Positions 1 to 10,573 of a DNA stretch of 64,000 nucleotides are shown in pieces. The notes below the pieces were generated by a model. It saw only the letters and a program-made list of their open reading frames with translations, had not been told where the DNA came from and did not search any database. Where the stretch lies: assembly GCA_019634595.1 (NCBI GenBank), contig JAHCBC010000006.1, positions 146,980 through 210,979 of the forward strand. The letters are read 5' to 3'. This DNA comes from Akkermansiaceae bacterium (GTDB lineage: Bacteria > Verrucomicrobiota > Verrucomicrobiia > Verrucomicrobiales > Akkermansiaceae). Each line of letters starts with the position of its first letter. The first letter of the stretch is position 1. Made by a program: the position numbers and the translations under genes.

Positions 1-1
1 C

Positions 2-760
2 ATGTGGGAGGCCCAGTTCGGTGACTTCTCGAACGGCGCGCAGGTCATCATCGACCAGTTCATCGTATCCGCGGAGTCGAAATGGCAGACACCGAGCGAC
101 ATCGTGATGCTGCTGCCGCACGGCTACGAGGGCATGGGCCCGGAGCACTCCAGCGCCCGTCTGGAACGTTTCCTGCAACTGTGCGCCGCGGACAACATCA
201 TCGTCGGCAACTTCACCACCCCGGCGCAGTATTTCCACGCGCTGCGCCGCCAGAAGCGCCGGGAATTCCGCAAGCCGCTCATCCTGATGACGCCGAAGAG
301 CCTGCTCACGCGGCCGGAGGCGGTTTCCTCTGAAGCGGATTTCCTCGAGGGCACCTGCTTCCAGGAAGTGCTGCCGGACCTGAAGATCTTCAACAACCCG
401 GCGGATGTGAACCGCGTGGTGTTCTGCACCGGCAAGGTCTTCTACGACCTGATGGCCTACCGCACGGAGCACAACATCGAGAACGCCGCCATCATCCGCA
501 TCGAGCAGCTCTACCCGTTCCACAAGGAAATGGTGGAGGCGATCATCGGCCAGTATCCGAACGCCACCGAATTCATCTGGTGCCAGGAGGAACCGCAGAA
601 CATGGGCGCGTGGTCGTTCATTTTCCCGCACCTGGAAGAGGTCGTCGGCAAAAAAGTCCGCTACGCCGGCCGCGTCACCGCCGCCAGCCCCGCCGCCGGA
701 TCGAAGACGATGCACTACCGCGAACAGAAGGCGCTGCTCGGCCGTGCCTTCGAGATCTGA
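2..760 (+). CDS. sucA: 2-oxoglutarate dehydrogenase E1, C-terminal part (5' truncated by window edge)
   Basis: [32 protein letters not shown] and [12 protein letters not shown] motifs; directly upstream of sucB. Confidence 0.97.
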   Translation: MWEAQFGDFSNGAQVIIDQFIVSAESKWQTPSDIVMLLPHGYEGMGPEHSSARLERFLQLCAADNIIVGNFTTPAQYFHALRRQKRREFRKPLILMTPKSLLTRPEAVSSEADFLEGTCFQEVLPDLKIFNNPADVNRVVFCTGKVFYDLMAYRTEHNIENAAIIRIEQLYPFHKEMVEAIIGQYPNATEFIWCQEEPQNMGAWSFIFPHLEEVVGKKVRYAGRVTAASPAAGSKTMHYREQKALLGRAFEI

Positions 761-799
761 TCCCCGTCCGAATCCATCCGTTTCCCACACGCTTCACTC

Positions 800-2296
800 A
801 TGTCCCTCGACGTCAAAGTCCCCGCCGCCGGCGAATCCATCACCTCCGCCAATGTCGCCCGCTGGCACAAGAAGAACGGCGACGCCGTCCAGAAAGGCGA
901 TGTCCTCGTCACGCTGGAAACCGACAAGGTTTCCAACGAACTGGAAGCGGACGCCGCGGGAACGCTGGCCATCCTGGTGAACGAGGGTGAGGAAGTCGCC
1001 ATCGGCACCGTGATCGCCCGCATCGAGGAAGGTGCCGCCACTCCCGCCGCGAAGGATGCACCCGCACCGGCCGCCGCTCCCGCGGAAGCCGCCGCGAAGC
1101 CCGCCGCAGCCCCTTCTTCCGATGACACCAAGCCGGGCATCGGCTCCTCCAACGGCTTGGTCGTGGAGGTGAAAGTCCCCGCCGCCGGTGAGTCCATCAC
1201 CTCCGCCAACGTCGCCGCTTGGCGGAAGAAGGACGGCGACATTGTCAACAAGGGCGAGATCCTCGTCACCCTGGAGACGGACAAGGTTTCCAACGAGCTG
1301 GAGGCGGAAGTCTCCGGCCGCCTGAAGGTGCTGGTCGCCGAAGGTGAGGAAGTTGCCATCGGCACCGTGATCGCCACCATCGATCCGAACGCCGCGGAAG
1401 ACGCGGAGGCCGCCAAGCCCGCCGCCACTCCGGCACCGGCCAAGGAAGAGAAAAAGGAAGCTCCCGCCGCCGCTGCGGCACCAGCGCCAGCCGCAGCACC
1501 TGCTGCCGCCGCTCAGGACACCCCGCGCCTGAAGCCGGATCTGACCGTGCTTTCCTCCCCCGCCCAGCGTGAGTCCGCTCCTGCGGAATCCAGCGATGGC
1601 CGCACGACACGCAAGAAGATGTCCATGCTGCGCCGCAAGATCGCGACGCACCTCGTCAACGCCCAGCAGACCGCCGCCATCCTCACCACCTTCAACGAGG
1701 TGGATATGACCGCCGTCATGGACCTGCGGAAAGCGGTCCAGGATGACTTCGTGAAGAAGCACGGCGTGAAGCTCGGCTTCATGTCCTTCTTCATCAAGGC
1801 CGTCACCCAGGCGCTCAAGGACGTGCCCGCGCTCAACGGCCGTATCGAGGGCACTGACATCATCGAGAACCATTTCTACGACATCGGCGTCGCCATCGGT
1901 ACCGACAAGGGCCTCGTCGTCCCGGTGTTGCGTGACGCGGACAAGAAAGGCTTCGCCCAGATCGAGAAGGACATCATCGGCTACGCCAACAAGGCGAAGG
2001 AAGGGAAGATCACCATCGAGGATCTCTCCGGCGGCGTCTTCACCATCTCGAACGGCGGCACCTACGGCTCCTTGCTCAGCACGCCGATCCTCAACCCGCC
2101 GCAGAGCGGCATCCTCGGCATGCACACCATCCAGCAGCGGCCCGTCGCGCTCAACGGCCAGGTCGTCATCCGCCCGATGATGTATCTCGCCATGAGCTAC
2201 GACCACCGCCTGGTGGACGGCAAGGAGGCGGTCACCTTCCTCATCCGCATCAAGGACTGCTTGGAAAACCCGACGCGTCTCCTGCTGGAGATGTGA
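800..2296 (+). CDS. sucB: Dihydrolipoyllysine-residue succinyltransferase (E2o) with two lipoyl domains
   Basis: Two [10 protein letters not shown] lipoyl motifs, Ala/Pro linkers, C-terminal SYDHRLVDG catalytic motif. Confidence 0.97.
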   Translation: MSLDVKVPAAGESITSANVARWHKKNGDAVQKGDVLVTLETDKVSNELEADAAGTLAILVNEGEEVAIGTVIARIEEGAATPAAKDAPAPAAAPAEAAAKPAAAPSSDDTKPGIGSSNGLVVEVKVPAAGESITSANVAAWRKKDGDIVNKGEILVTLETDKVSNELEAEVSGRLKVLVAEGEEVAIGTVIATIDPNAAEDAEAAKPAATPAPAKEEKKEAPAAAAAPAPAAAPAAAAQDTPRLKPDLTVLSSPAQRESAPAESSDGRTTRKKMSMLRRKIATHLVNAQQTAAILTTFNEVDMTAVMDLRKAVQDDFVKKHGVKLGFMSFFIKAVTQALKDVPALNGRIEGTDIIENHFYDIGVAIGTDKGLVVPVLRDADKKGFAQIEKDIIGYANKAKEGKITIEDLSGGVFTISNGGTYGSLLSTPILNPPQSGILGMHTIQQRPVALNGQVVIRPMMYLAMSYDHRLVDGKEAVTFLIRIKDCLENPTRLLLEM

Positions 2297-2386
2297 GGCT
2301 GAATGGCAGGGCTGCGGCGGCCTCGCCGTGCCGTGGTTTTCGGCGGCGGGATGGGTGACGTCCATGGTGGATGCCACGGTATCTCC

Positions 2387-2527
2387 GTAGCGTGATGGCT
2401 GCGCCATCACGGGTGGGTGGACGGCTGCGGCCTTCCGATCCCAATGCGCCACAGATGACATCTTTTCCATGCGGAACTCCGGAGAGTCTGTGCTTCTCCA
2501 ACCGTAATGGCGCAGTCATCACGCTAC
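2387..2527. repeat. REPIN family A, copy 1 (inverted pair of GTAG-REPs)
   Basis: GTAGCGTGATGGCTGCGCCATCACGG at 2387-2412 and near-identical inverted copy at 2502-2527; homologs at 50607 and 58696. Confidence 0.9.
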
Positions 2528-2880
2528 CCCTTTGGGGGCGCTGTCATGACGGAGTGGTGGGCGTGTTCCTCCTGAATCATCTGCATCACCCACGCGATCG
2601 CGTAATGGGATCCTGGCCGGATTTGTGTCACCTTCCGTGCGTTCGAACGAAGTCCCCCCGCTTCCAAGAGCAAACTTCCCCCCGAAGCAACACGAACCCA
2701 CCTGTGGCCGGTCCTCCCCCTGAAACCGCCCGCTGGTGGGTTTGCCATTTCAAGGGGGGATTGAAGGCGGAATCCGCCAATGCCGGTCGGGCCGCGACCG
2801 CCGTCGGCTGTGGGCTGGATGGTGGATGACGTCCGATGGTTGGACAAAGGCCCGCAGGATCGAACCCATCCATCCTCCGT

Positions 2881-3810
2881 CTAACACCTCTCCGGAAATC
2901 TCTCCTTCCAGACCTCCAGCATCTGGCGGATTTCCTCCGCCTTGCGGGTGGGGCTGAGTTCCCAGATCAGCGGGCAGCCGGTGGGGAAGAACTTCAGCAA
3001 CGACTGGTAGTCCAGCGTGCCGCCGGCGAAGGGCGTGCGGTGGTCGCGGGCAGGCCACTCCACGTCATGGACGTGGCCGCCGATGGTGTGGGGCACCATT
3101 TTTTCCAGCCACTCATGGTGGTCCAGCAGGCCGAGGTTGTGCTTGAGCTGCACGTGGCCGAAGTCGTGCCAGTAGCCGACCCATTCGTTGTCCTTGAAAT
3201 GTTCCTGGAGCTTCACCATCTCGCGCTCGTTCGGCATGTCTTCGAAGCGTGAGCGGGACTCGACGGCCAGCTTCACGCCGTATTCCTTCGCCTTTTCCGC
3301 GATCTGTTCCAGTGACTCGATGGCGCGGTTGAAATACAGCGGGGCGATTTTCTCGCGCTTCTTCACGAAGGCGATCTTGTCCTTCACGTAGGCCGGGGTG
3401 TTCTGCTCCCCGGCGGCGACCATGGCGGTGAGCGGCTTGGTCCATTTTTTCGGCAGCATGGGGACGGAACCCATGTGGAGGACCAGGTAGTGTGCCCTGA
3501 ACTCCGCGGCGATCTCCAGCGTGCGGAAGGTCATGTCCATGGCCCGCTGGCGCTCGAACGGACGGTGGGAGGTGTATTCGTAGGCGTCCGGGGCGTCGAT
3601 CATGACCTCCACGGGGGAGGGGAAGTAGTTGTGGACGCCGGAGCAGGTGAACAGGCCCTGTGCGTAGGCTTTCCGGATGCCGGGCAGCTTGGCGACGGTC
3701 ATGCCATGGGAAAGCTCGATGTTGGTGAAGCCGAGATTGACGATCTCCCCGATCATGGTCTCGCCGTCGGAGTGGCGGCTGTTGTTCCAGCAGGAGGAGA
3801 AGGAAAGCAT
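2881..3810 (-). CDS. Sugar phosphate isomerase/epimerase family TIM-barrel protein
   Basis: IELSH, LVLHMG, LAVESR, YWHDFGH, GHVHD and WELSP metal-binding pattern of the AP endonuclease 2 / xylose isomerase-like family. Confidence 0.85.
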   Translation of the reverse strand: MLSFSSCWNNSRHSDGETMIGEIVNLGFTNIELSHGMTVAKLPGIRKAYAQGLFTCSGVHNYFPSPVEVMIDAPDAYEYTSHRPFERQRAMDMTFRTLEIAAEFRAHYLVLHMGSVPMLPKKWTKPLTAMVAAGEQNTPAYVKDKIAFVKKREKIAPLYFNRAIESLEQIAEKAKEYGVKLAVESRSRFEDMPNEREMVKLQEHFKDNEWVGYWHDFGHVQLKHNLGLLDHHEWLEKMVPHTIGGHVHDVEWPARDHRTPFAGGTLDYQSLLKFFPTGCPLIWELSPTRKAEEIRQMLEVWKERFPERC

Positions 3811-3819
3811 GGGAGGAAC

Positions 3820-6800
3820 CTACTCGCCATCCGGCTTCGGTGCCAACTCCGGATGCTTCGCCAGCGTGAGGGCGAGCACCTTTTTCAGCACTTCCTTCGT
3901 CTCCACGAGGAGGTTGCTGCCTTCGATGACCTCCGCGTCATTCGCCGCAGGCGCGTGTTTCAGCAGCGCGCGGTACCACTCGATGGCGGGTTCCTTCCTC
4001 CCTGCCTGGAAGTTGCCGAGGATGAGATAGACGCAGGCGTCCGTGTTATATTGTTTGTCGGTGGAGGCTTCCTTCAGGTCGTCGGCGATCTTCTGGTAGG
4101 CGGCGAGCGATTCCTCGTGGCGCTCCAGGTGGGAGAGGATGGCCGCCTTGTCATGGATGGAAATGTCCGGCCAGTCGATGGAGGCGGCGAAAAGCTCCTT
4201 CGCGCGGGGGCGTTCACCCGTCCGCCACAGGTTGTAGCCCAGGCGGATCTGGTTGAGAGGGTCGCCCGGTTTCAGGGAGAGGATGTGTTCCAGGATTTTC
4301 CGTTCCTCCGGCAGGTCGCTGCCGTCCAGCAGGACGAGGGCGGCGTGGTTCAGGTAGTTCAGGTTGTCCGGCTCCAGTGCCAGTGCCTGCCGGATGTAGT
4401 CGAGCGCGTCCGCCTTTTCCTCCGCGGCCCGTGCCCACATGCTGAGGTAGTAGCAGACGGCGGCATCCCCGGGGGCGTTCCGTTTGCCGAACTCGACCAG
4501 GGTGACGATCTGTTCATAGAGGTCTTCGGCGTGGCGTTTCTTTTTCTCGTAATCCGTGTTTTCCGGCGTCAGCTCCTTCAGTTCCTTTTCCCGGCGGTTC
4601 AGGTTGAGCTGGTACCAGTAGGCGATCGACGCGCGGGAAAGCCCGACGGCGGGCATGGCGAAGGAAAGCTCGTCGATGGTGACGGCGGTGTCCTCCAGCA
4701 TCCAACGTCCGCTGTCCGCGGAGATGGCGGGGGAGATGGTCCGCTTCGCCGGGGCTTTCAGGAACCATGAGTCCGGCGAGGCGGCGCGCACTTTGTTCCA
4801 CTCCGCGTAGGGGTCCGTCGGCACGGCCATGCCGTCCTTGTCCACCTCCATGGCGATGGCCGCCTGCGTGAGTGTCTTGAAATCCACCTTCAGATCCGCG
4901 GGTGGGCGGATTTCGATGACGATGAGTTCCCGTTTCGCGGTGTCCTGCGGACTGGGGCGGACGATGAGCAGCTTGTCGCCGCCGCCGATGAAATGGAGCT
5001 GCTCCGCGATGACGGGGTATTCCAGCGGTTGGTTGATGATGCTGCCTTCCTTCCAGTCCCAGACCTTGATGGAGGAGTTCTGGTCCCTGACGGAAATGGT
5101 GGCCAGGCGGTCGGAGTCCGGACTGAACTTCACCATGGTGATGCTCCCCAGCGGGTCGTCCAGCACCCGCGGGGAGGACTGGCTGCCATCGATCGGCCAC
5201 ACCCTGACGGTCTGCTCCATCCCGCCGATGGCGACGTACTTTCCGTCCGGACTGGAGTCGATGGCGGAGATCACGCCCGGGTGGGGGAGCTTCCGCGGGG
5301 CGGCGGAGAGGTTCCGCAGGTCCCACACCAGCGCGTAGAATTCCGTGATGGTGCCGATGGAATTGCACCCGGCGAGCAACCAGCGGCCATCCTGGCTGAT
5401 GGCCAGCGTGCCGATGCTGCACTCCGGCACCTCCAGCGGGAGGTAGCCGCTGTTGTCCGCGGCCCGCAGCTTCACGGTGAAGTAGGGGACGCCGTTCTTC
5501 TCCGCGGTGTGGTAGATGACGGTATCGTTCGTGCCGGGGACGAAGAAGATGTTCTGGAACGCGCCGGGGAGTTTCAGCGGTTCACCGATCTGTTTGCCCG
5601 TCTTCGCATCCACATAGCGGGTGAGGTCCTCATGGGTGGAGTAGAAGCGCGTGCCATCCGGGGAAAAGCCCCAGTAGGAGACGGGTTCCGGGGACTCCCA
5701 CACGGGGAAGTCGGTGCCGTCCGGGTCCGCGATGCGGATGAAGTGCACCTTGTTGTCCCCGGATAGAACGGCGGCCTGTTCGCCGGTGGCGTCCAGCAGG
5801 CAGGCCAGTCCCTTCGGGTCCGGGTGGCGCAGCGGGCCATCCTCCTTCAGGTCAGTGAGATCCCAGCGGCGGATGCCGCCGTTGTGGCCTGTGATGAAGC
5901 GGCCGTCCGGAGCCAGTGCGGAGGAGCGGATGTCGTCCACCACCACCACCGGCAGGGAGAGCGCGGGTCCTACGGAGAGATCCCACACCCGGGAGCGGTC
6001 TCCGGTGGAGGTGAGCAGGTAGCGGCCGTCCCAGGAGAGGCTCAGGTCCTGGATGGTGCCGTCATGGCTGATGGGTTCGAAGGCGAGCTTCTTCGTCTTC
6101 GTGTCGAAGATGCGCACCGTGCCGTCCGGGGTGCTGCAGATGACCAGCCGCTCGTCCGGGGAAAGCCGCACGAACACCGGGTTCACCGGCAGGTCGAACG
6201 TGATGTCCTTCTCCGGGTCTGTCTGGTGGATCACCTTCACGGAATGCTGGTTGGTGGCCACCACCATGATGTCCCCGAAGGAACTGAGGCGGAATGCGGA
6301 CTCCTGCGGCGGATAGCCCGTCCAGTGGAAGTCCCGTGAGTTCGGGATGGTTTCCAGCGTCCCGCTGTCCACGAAGATGATGTCCCCGCTGGCCATGGGC
6401 TGGCCGTCGGCGGACTTCTGCTGCCGCACGATGGCCGCCACCCCGGACTCCGCCGCCGTCTGGACGGTGGTGATGAGGTGGTCCGGGTCCACCCGGGTCG
6501 CGGTGATCTTCTTCTCCTCCAGGTCATAGCGGACGAAGTCCTCTCCGGAGGTGGAGAGCATGCCGCCGTCGTCCGTTTCGCGGAAGCTGAGGCGCTCGCC
6601 CTTCTGCTTCCACTGCGCGTAGGGCTTGGCGTCCTTCACGTTGAAGACATGGGCGGTGCCGTCCGGCGTGCAGTAGAGGAAATGGCGGCCGTCCCGCGTG
6701 CAGCTCAGCGTGACGAAGTTGTCCGGGATGCGTGTGGGCGGGGAGGCTTCCGCCTGCCCTTCTTCCGGCACCTCCCAGAAGCGGATGGTCATGTCCTTGC

Positions 6801-9507
6801 GGATGTTGAGCACCAGCGTGCCGTCCTCCATGATGACGGAGGCGAAGGAGTCCGGCTCCTGCGTCCATTTCCCCGGCACCACTTTCTTGCTGCCAAGGTC
6901 GAACACCTCCGGCAGTCCCGCGCCGTTCTGGTAGAGGATGCGCTGGACGGGGCCGCGCGCGGCGCCGGAAATCCACTGTCGTTCCCCGGCGGGGCCGGTG
7001 GCGGACAGGATGGGGATGGCCTTCGGCAGGCCGTAGAGGTGGTAGGAATAGAGCCGGTCGATGACACCCCGGTGCCGAGGGTCGATGGCCAGCGCGTGGG
7101 CCAGGCTGGCCAGGCCGTCCCGTGTCTTGCCGACGCGCAGGTTCTCGTTCCCCAGCAGATAGGCCGTGCGCACCTGGCTCTCCAGGGCGGTGGCGGTGGC
7201 TCCCTCGGCGATCCGCCGCTGGTCCTGCGCGATTTCCTTTTGCTTCACCGCCGCGATGCGCTCGCGGTCCGCGGCCTTTTTCTGGACGAAGGCGTAGGCG
7301 CCCCCGGCCACGGCCAGCGCGCTGAGTACGAGGGCTCCCGTAGCAATGAGGCGCGCGCGGCGCAGGCGGGTCTGCTCCCGGTGGCGGGCCTTTGCCGAGG
7401 AACGCGTGACGTAGTCGATCTCGCGCGCGTCCAGGGAGGCCGCGTGTTTCGCCAGGATGCCCTCCGCCTCCGCCAGCGGCGGGCCGGACGGGATGAGGTA
7501 GTGGTCGGACGACTGGTGCTCCAGCCACTCGGAAAGGCGGGCGGCCATCCGCGAGCGGGCGCGGAGGAAGTCGAGATTGTCCCGTACCCAGTCCACCACG
7601 CGGGGCCAATGGCGGAGCAGCGCCTCGTGGGCGACGGAAACCGTCCGTTCGCCCTCCGGAGGCTGGTCCACGGTGAGCAGGCGCGCGGCCACCAGGGCGT
7701 CCACCAGTTGCGGCGCGCCGGGGGAAGCGGTGAGCGCGTCGAACCCCGCGCGGCGGCGCACCGGCTGGCTGCCGTCTGACAACGTGACAAGCTGCCGCCA
7801 TACCTGGTCGAAGGCGGCTTTCGCGTCCGCGGGCAGGGCGGTGAAGACGGACTCCGCACGGCGGCCGATGGCACCTTCCAGCCCGCCGAGGTCATGGTAG
7901 GCGGCGAGCGTCAGCAGGCCCTCCGGCGTGCGCCGTTCATAGAGCTGCTCCAGAGTGTAGCTGAGCAGCGGTAGGGCGGCGGGGTCCTTGATGGCGGCAT
8001 CCCGCAGGAGTTCATCAAGGTTCTCTCCGGTACCGCGGTTTTCCTCGAAGACCAGGCCCGCGGCGGCGGCGGGCTGGCGGATCATCTGGCCGATGTCTCC
8101 GGCGGTGGGGGCGGGCAGCGGATAGGTGCCGCGGTCGCGCATCAGCTCGACCAGCTTCGGGTGCTTGAGGCATTCCGGGTAAAAGTCGCTGCGCAGCGTG
8201 CCCAGCACGAACACCCGGCCGCTGGAGGCGAGCGCGGCCAGCTTCTCGATGAACGACGCCACCGTGTCCTCCGCCATGCCGCTGGTGAAAAGTTCCTCGA
8301 GCTGGTCCGCCAGCACGGCCAGCCGCACGGCGGGTGGTGTGAGATCGGCCAGCTTTTGCCGCAGCGCCTTCGCGTCCTCCTCGCGTGCTTCCTGCTCAAA
8401 GCGGCGGATGTTTTCCTCCAGCCGGTGTTCCTCCTCCGTGCGGGCGAGCGCGGCGGCCTGGGAGAACGCCTGGCGCAAAAGGATTTCCGCGCCGTTGCCG
8501 GGCGAGCGCAGCATCGTGGCGATCTCCGCGGAGGTGGTGCCGGCGGAGGCCAGTTCCGGAAGTGCCTCCGGTGCCAGCAGCGCGGCGGCGAATGCGGCGA
8601 AGGGATCGCCCGCGCCATCACCCGGCTTGAAGATCGCACGGCGCCAGACCTGTGCGCCCTCCACCACGCCCGGCTGCACCAGCATGGGCAGCACACCCGC
8701 GCGGGCGAGCGAGGATTTCCCGCTGCCGCTGGACCCCAGGATGAGGACGAAATGCTTTCCCTGTCCGCCGTTCGCCTGTGCTTCCAGCTCCTGCATCTGG
8801 AACGCCTCCACCACCTCGCCGACCTGCGCGGTGCGGCCGAAGAAGACGGGGGCGTCCTTGAAATCGAACGCGGACAGGCCGAGGTAGGGCTGCCCCTGGT
8901 AGCTCGCCTTCGGGGACTTCTGCGCGTTGATGAGCGGGAAGCGTCCCTCCAGGAACGAGCGCAGGGCGAGGCTCAGCTTTTCCTCGAACTCGCCGAGGGT
9001 GCTGTAGACATTGATGGCGCTGGTGAAGTACTTCTCCTCCTGGAAGTACTTCTCGAAGAAATGGTCCAGCCGGTCGATCTCCCGGTCCACCTGCTCGCGC
9101 GCCTCCTTCGGGCGGCTCGGGCGGCGGGGTTCCGTCGCGTTGCGGAAGACGAAGATGTCCGGCGTGCCGCGCACGTTGTGCGCCTGCATGGCGGTGAAAA
9201 ACTCATACTCCGTCCCGCTTTCGAAAAAGCCGCCGCCCGGCCGTGGGTGGCGGTTCGGGTGGAGCGGCGTCCCCAGCCGGGACCACAGCATGCAGACGAC
9301 GATGTCGAAGCCGTCCATCTCCGGGATGTTCTCCTGGTAGTCCTTTGTGGCCACCATCACCTCATGCTCCCAGAAATACGGCTCGATGGCCATACGGTCG
9401 CCCACCTCACCCTGCAGCCGGTCCACGATGCGCTTCGCCGTCTCCCGCTCCATTTTCACGTCTCCCGGGGAACTGAAGAAGATGCGGACTTGAGTGGGAG
9501 AACTCAT
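3820..9507 (-). CDS. DUF4062 (TIR-like) + nSTAND1 NTPase + TM helix + WD40 propellers + TPR, 1895 aa
   Basis: N-term RIFFSSPGDV..ERE and SGTEYEF; PYLGLSAF...VFFGR; Walker A GSSGSGKS (8713-8736); Walker B-like LADQLEELF; LGTLRSDFY; hydrophobic LIATGALVLSALAVAGGAYAFV; WD-like repeats; Ala-rich helical repeats at C-term. Confidence 0.85.
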   Translation of the reverse strand: MSSPTQVRIFFSSPGDVKMERETAKRIVDRLQGEVGDRMAIEPYFWEHEVMVATKDYQENIPEMDGFDIVVCMLWSRLGTPLHPNRHPRPGGGFFESGTEYEFFTAMQAHNVRGTPDIFVFRNATEPRRPSRPKEAREQVDREIDRLDHFFEKYFQEEKYFTSAINVYSTLGEFEEKLSLALRSFLEGRFPLINAQKSPKASYQGQPYLGLSAFDFKDAPVFFGRTAQVGEVVEAFQMQELEAQANGGQGKHFVLILGSSGSGKSSLARAGVLPMLVQPGVVEGAQVWRRAIFKPGDGAGDPFAAFAAALLAPEALPELASAGTTSAEIATMLRSPGNGAEILLRQAFSQAAALARTEEEHRLEENIRRFEQEAREEDAKALRQKLADLTPPAVRLAVLADQLEELFTSGMAEDTVASFIEKLAALASSGRVFVLGTLRSDFYPECLKHPKLVELMRDRGTYPLPAPTAGDIGQMIRQPAAAAGLVFEENRGTGENLDELLRDAAIKDPAALPLLSYTLEQLYERRTPEGLLTLAAYHDLGGLEGAIGRRAESVFTALPADAKAAFDQVWRQLVTLSDGSQPVRRRAGFDALTASPGAPQLVDALVAARLLTVDQPPEGERTVSVAHEALLRHWPRVVDWVRDNLDFLRARSRMAARLSEWLEHQSSDHYLIPSGPPLAEAEGILAKHAASLDAREIDYVTRSSAKARHREQTRLRRARLIATGALVLSALAVAGGAYAFVQKKAADRERIAAVKQKEIAQDQRRIAEGATATALESQVRTAYLLGNENLRVGKTRDGLASLAHALAIDPRHRGVIDRLYSYHLYGLPKAIPILSATGPAGERQWISGAARGPVQRILYQNGAGLPEVFDLGSKKVVPGKWTQEPDSFASVIMEDGTLVLNIRKDMTIRFWEVPEEGQAEASPPTRIPDNFVTLSCTRDGRHFLYCTPDGTAHVFNVKDAKPYAQWKQKGERLSFRETDDGGMLSTSGEDFVRYDLEEKKITATRVDPDHLITTVQTAAESGVAAIVRQQKSADGQPMASGDIIFVDSGTLETIPNSRDFHWTGYPPQESAFRLSSFGDIMVVATNQHSVKVIHQTDPEKDITFDLPVNPVFVRLSPDERLVICSTPDGTVRIFDTKTKKLAFEPISHDGTIQDLSLSWDGRYLLTSTGDRSRVWDLSVGPALSLPVVVVDDIRSSALAPDGRFITGHNGGIRRWDLTDLKEDGPLRHPDPKGLACLLDATGEQAAVLSGDNKVHFIRIADPDGTDFPVWESPEPVSYWGFSPDGTRFYSTHEDLTRYVDAKTGKQIGEPLKLPGAFQNIFFVPGTNDTVIYHTAEKNGVPYFTVKLRAADNSGYLPLEVPECSIGTLAISQDGRWLLAGCNSIGTITEFYALVWDLRNLSAAPRKLPHPGVISAIDSSPDGKYVAIGGMEQTVRVWPIDGSQSSPRVLDDPLGSITMVKFSPDSDRLATISVRDQNSSIKVWDWKEGSIINQPLEYPVIAEQLHFIGGGDKLLIVRPSPQDTAKRELIVIEIRPPADLKVDFKTLTQAAIAMEVDKDGMAVPTDPYAEWNKVRAASPDSWFLKAPAKRTISPAISADSGRWMLEDTAVTIDELSFAMPAVGLSRASIAYWYQLNLNRREKELKELTPENTDYEKKKRHAEDLYEQIVTLVEFGKRNAPGDAAVCYYLSMWARAAEEKADALDYIRQALALEPDNLNYLNHAALVLLDGSDLPEERKILEHILSLKPGDPLNQIRLGYNLWRTGERPRAKELFAASIDWPDISIHDKAAILSHLERHEESLAAYQKIADDLKEASTDKQYNTDACVYLILGNFQAGRKEPAIEWYRALLKHAPAANDAEVIEGSNLLVETKEVLKKVLALTLAKHPELAPKPDGE

Positions 9508-9574
9508 GTGTTTGTAGAAGGGGAAACGATGGAGGGTGCCCGGAACTTGGGGAAAATTTTCCGCAAATCCGTGC

Positions 9575-9617
9575 CTCAGGATGCCTCCCCGCGGAGGCGG
9601 GTGTCAATTCGGGAGGC
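9575..9617 (-). promoter_or_regulatory. 43-bp promoter-like block, copy 1 (TTGACA-N18-CATCCT on minus strand)
   Basis: 40/43 identical to 10531-10573; 68 bp upstream of the STAND gene start; GCCTCC-N4-GGAGGC palindrome in the spacer. Confidence 0.7.
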
Positions 9618-9719
9618 TGGGGGGAAGGCACCGTTGGGTCCGGGATTTCGACCGCAGATGGGAGTGGATGAGCGCGGATGAATTCCCGGGGACGGGAAAA
9701 AAATCCGGACTCCAGGCGG

Positions 9720-10505
9720 CTACTCGGGGATATAACCGAAAAGATCCTGTCCGAATAGCCCTATGAATGACGTTTTCGACGCTACCACATCATTGGTGAG
9801 TGGATCGCGATATTCAACCCTCGCTCTACGCTGAGAGGGTTTCTGCTCTGCTGGCTGTAGCGGACTGGCTGGAAAATTGCTTTCGCGATCTGCGATGGAA
9901 ATGATGATTTCATTGGCCCCGAGTCTTCCCGCCATGCCATCCACAGGCATACTTTTTGCCAGTTCCCATGCACGTTGCTCACCGACGATGGAACCAAGGG
10001 AATCGAGAAACTCCCCGAACTGTCTTTCGCCTTCTTCCTTGAAGGGCTTGATCCGGTAAGTTCTGATGTTTTCGTCATCGCCGGAGATTTTGATCTTCGA
10101 CATGTTGTTTGATAGGACGGCCCGCATCCTGGTCGTTAGGTCATCATAAGAAATCTGAATCCTGGCAGCCTCTTCAGTGGTCAAGGAGGCAGCTTCAATG
10201 GCTCCATGTGTCAGTCTGCCGTCAGTCCCTATCAGTCTGTAAGGCGGGCGACGTTTTACGATGCGGCGATATTTTGCGATCACATCGACGGCAGACAGAT
10301 CACTGGGTCGATGGGCGAAGTCCGTCCGGTCCTCGTTTTCTTTCCGGCTCCGGAATTCAGTGCCGCTGACGTCTGTTCGTTTTCTTTCCGGGGTGAAGGA
10401 GTGTTCACGGGACGCTTGTGAATGGCTGTCTTTGTTGCTGATGGATAAAACAAAGACGATCACGGCGATGATGAGCGCGGCTATTCCCAGTGATAGAAAT
10501 TTCAT
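9720..10505 (-). CDS. Hypothetical N-terminally anchored/secreted protein, visibly lower GC
   Basis: 261-aa ORF, hydrophobic N-terminus MKFLSLGIAALIIAVIVFVL; more A/T than neighbours. Confidence 0.75.
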   Translation of the reverse strand: MKFLSLGIAALIIAVIVFVLSISNKDSHSQASREHSFTPERKRTDVSGTEFRSRKENEDRTDFAHRPSDLSAVDVIAKYRRIVKRRPPYRLIGTDGRLTHGAIEAASLTTEEAARIQISYDDLTTRMRAVLSNNMSKIKISGDDENIRTYRIKPFKEEGERQFGEFLDSLGSIVGEQRAWELAKSMPVDGMAGRLGANEIIISIADRESNFPASPLQPAEQKPSQRRARVEYRDPLTNDVVASKTSFIGLFGQDLFGYIPE

Positions 10506-10530
10506 GTTGGTTGGCGCGGTTCTACCGTCT

Positions 10531-10573
10531 CTCAGGATGCCTCCCGGCGGAGGCAGATGTCAATTCGGGAGGC
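10531..10573 (-). promoter_or_regulatory. 43-bp promoter-like block, copy 2
   Basis: Direct repeat of 9575-9617; 26 bp upstream of the 10505 start codon. Confidence 0.7.

Noticed and set aside
2530-2830. Possible RAYT transposase remnant (VFLLNHLH) beside REPIN A1
   Set aside because: Only a short HUH-like match with no other RAYT motifs; cannot be distinguished from chance.
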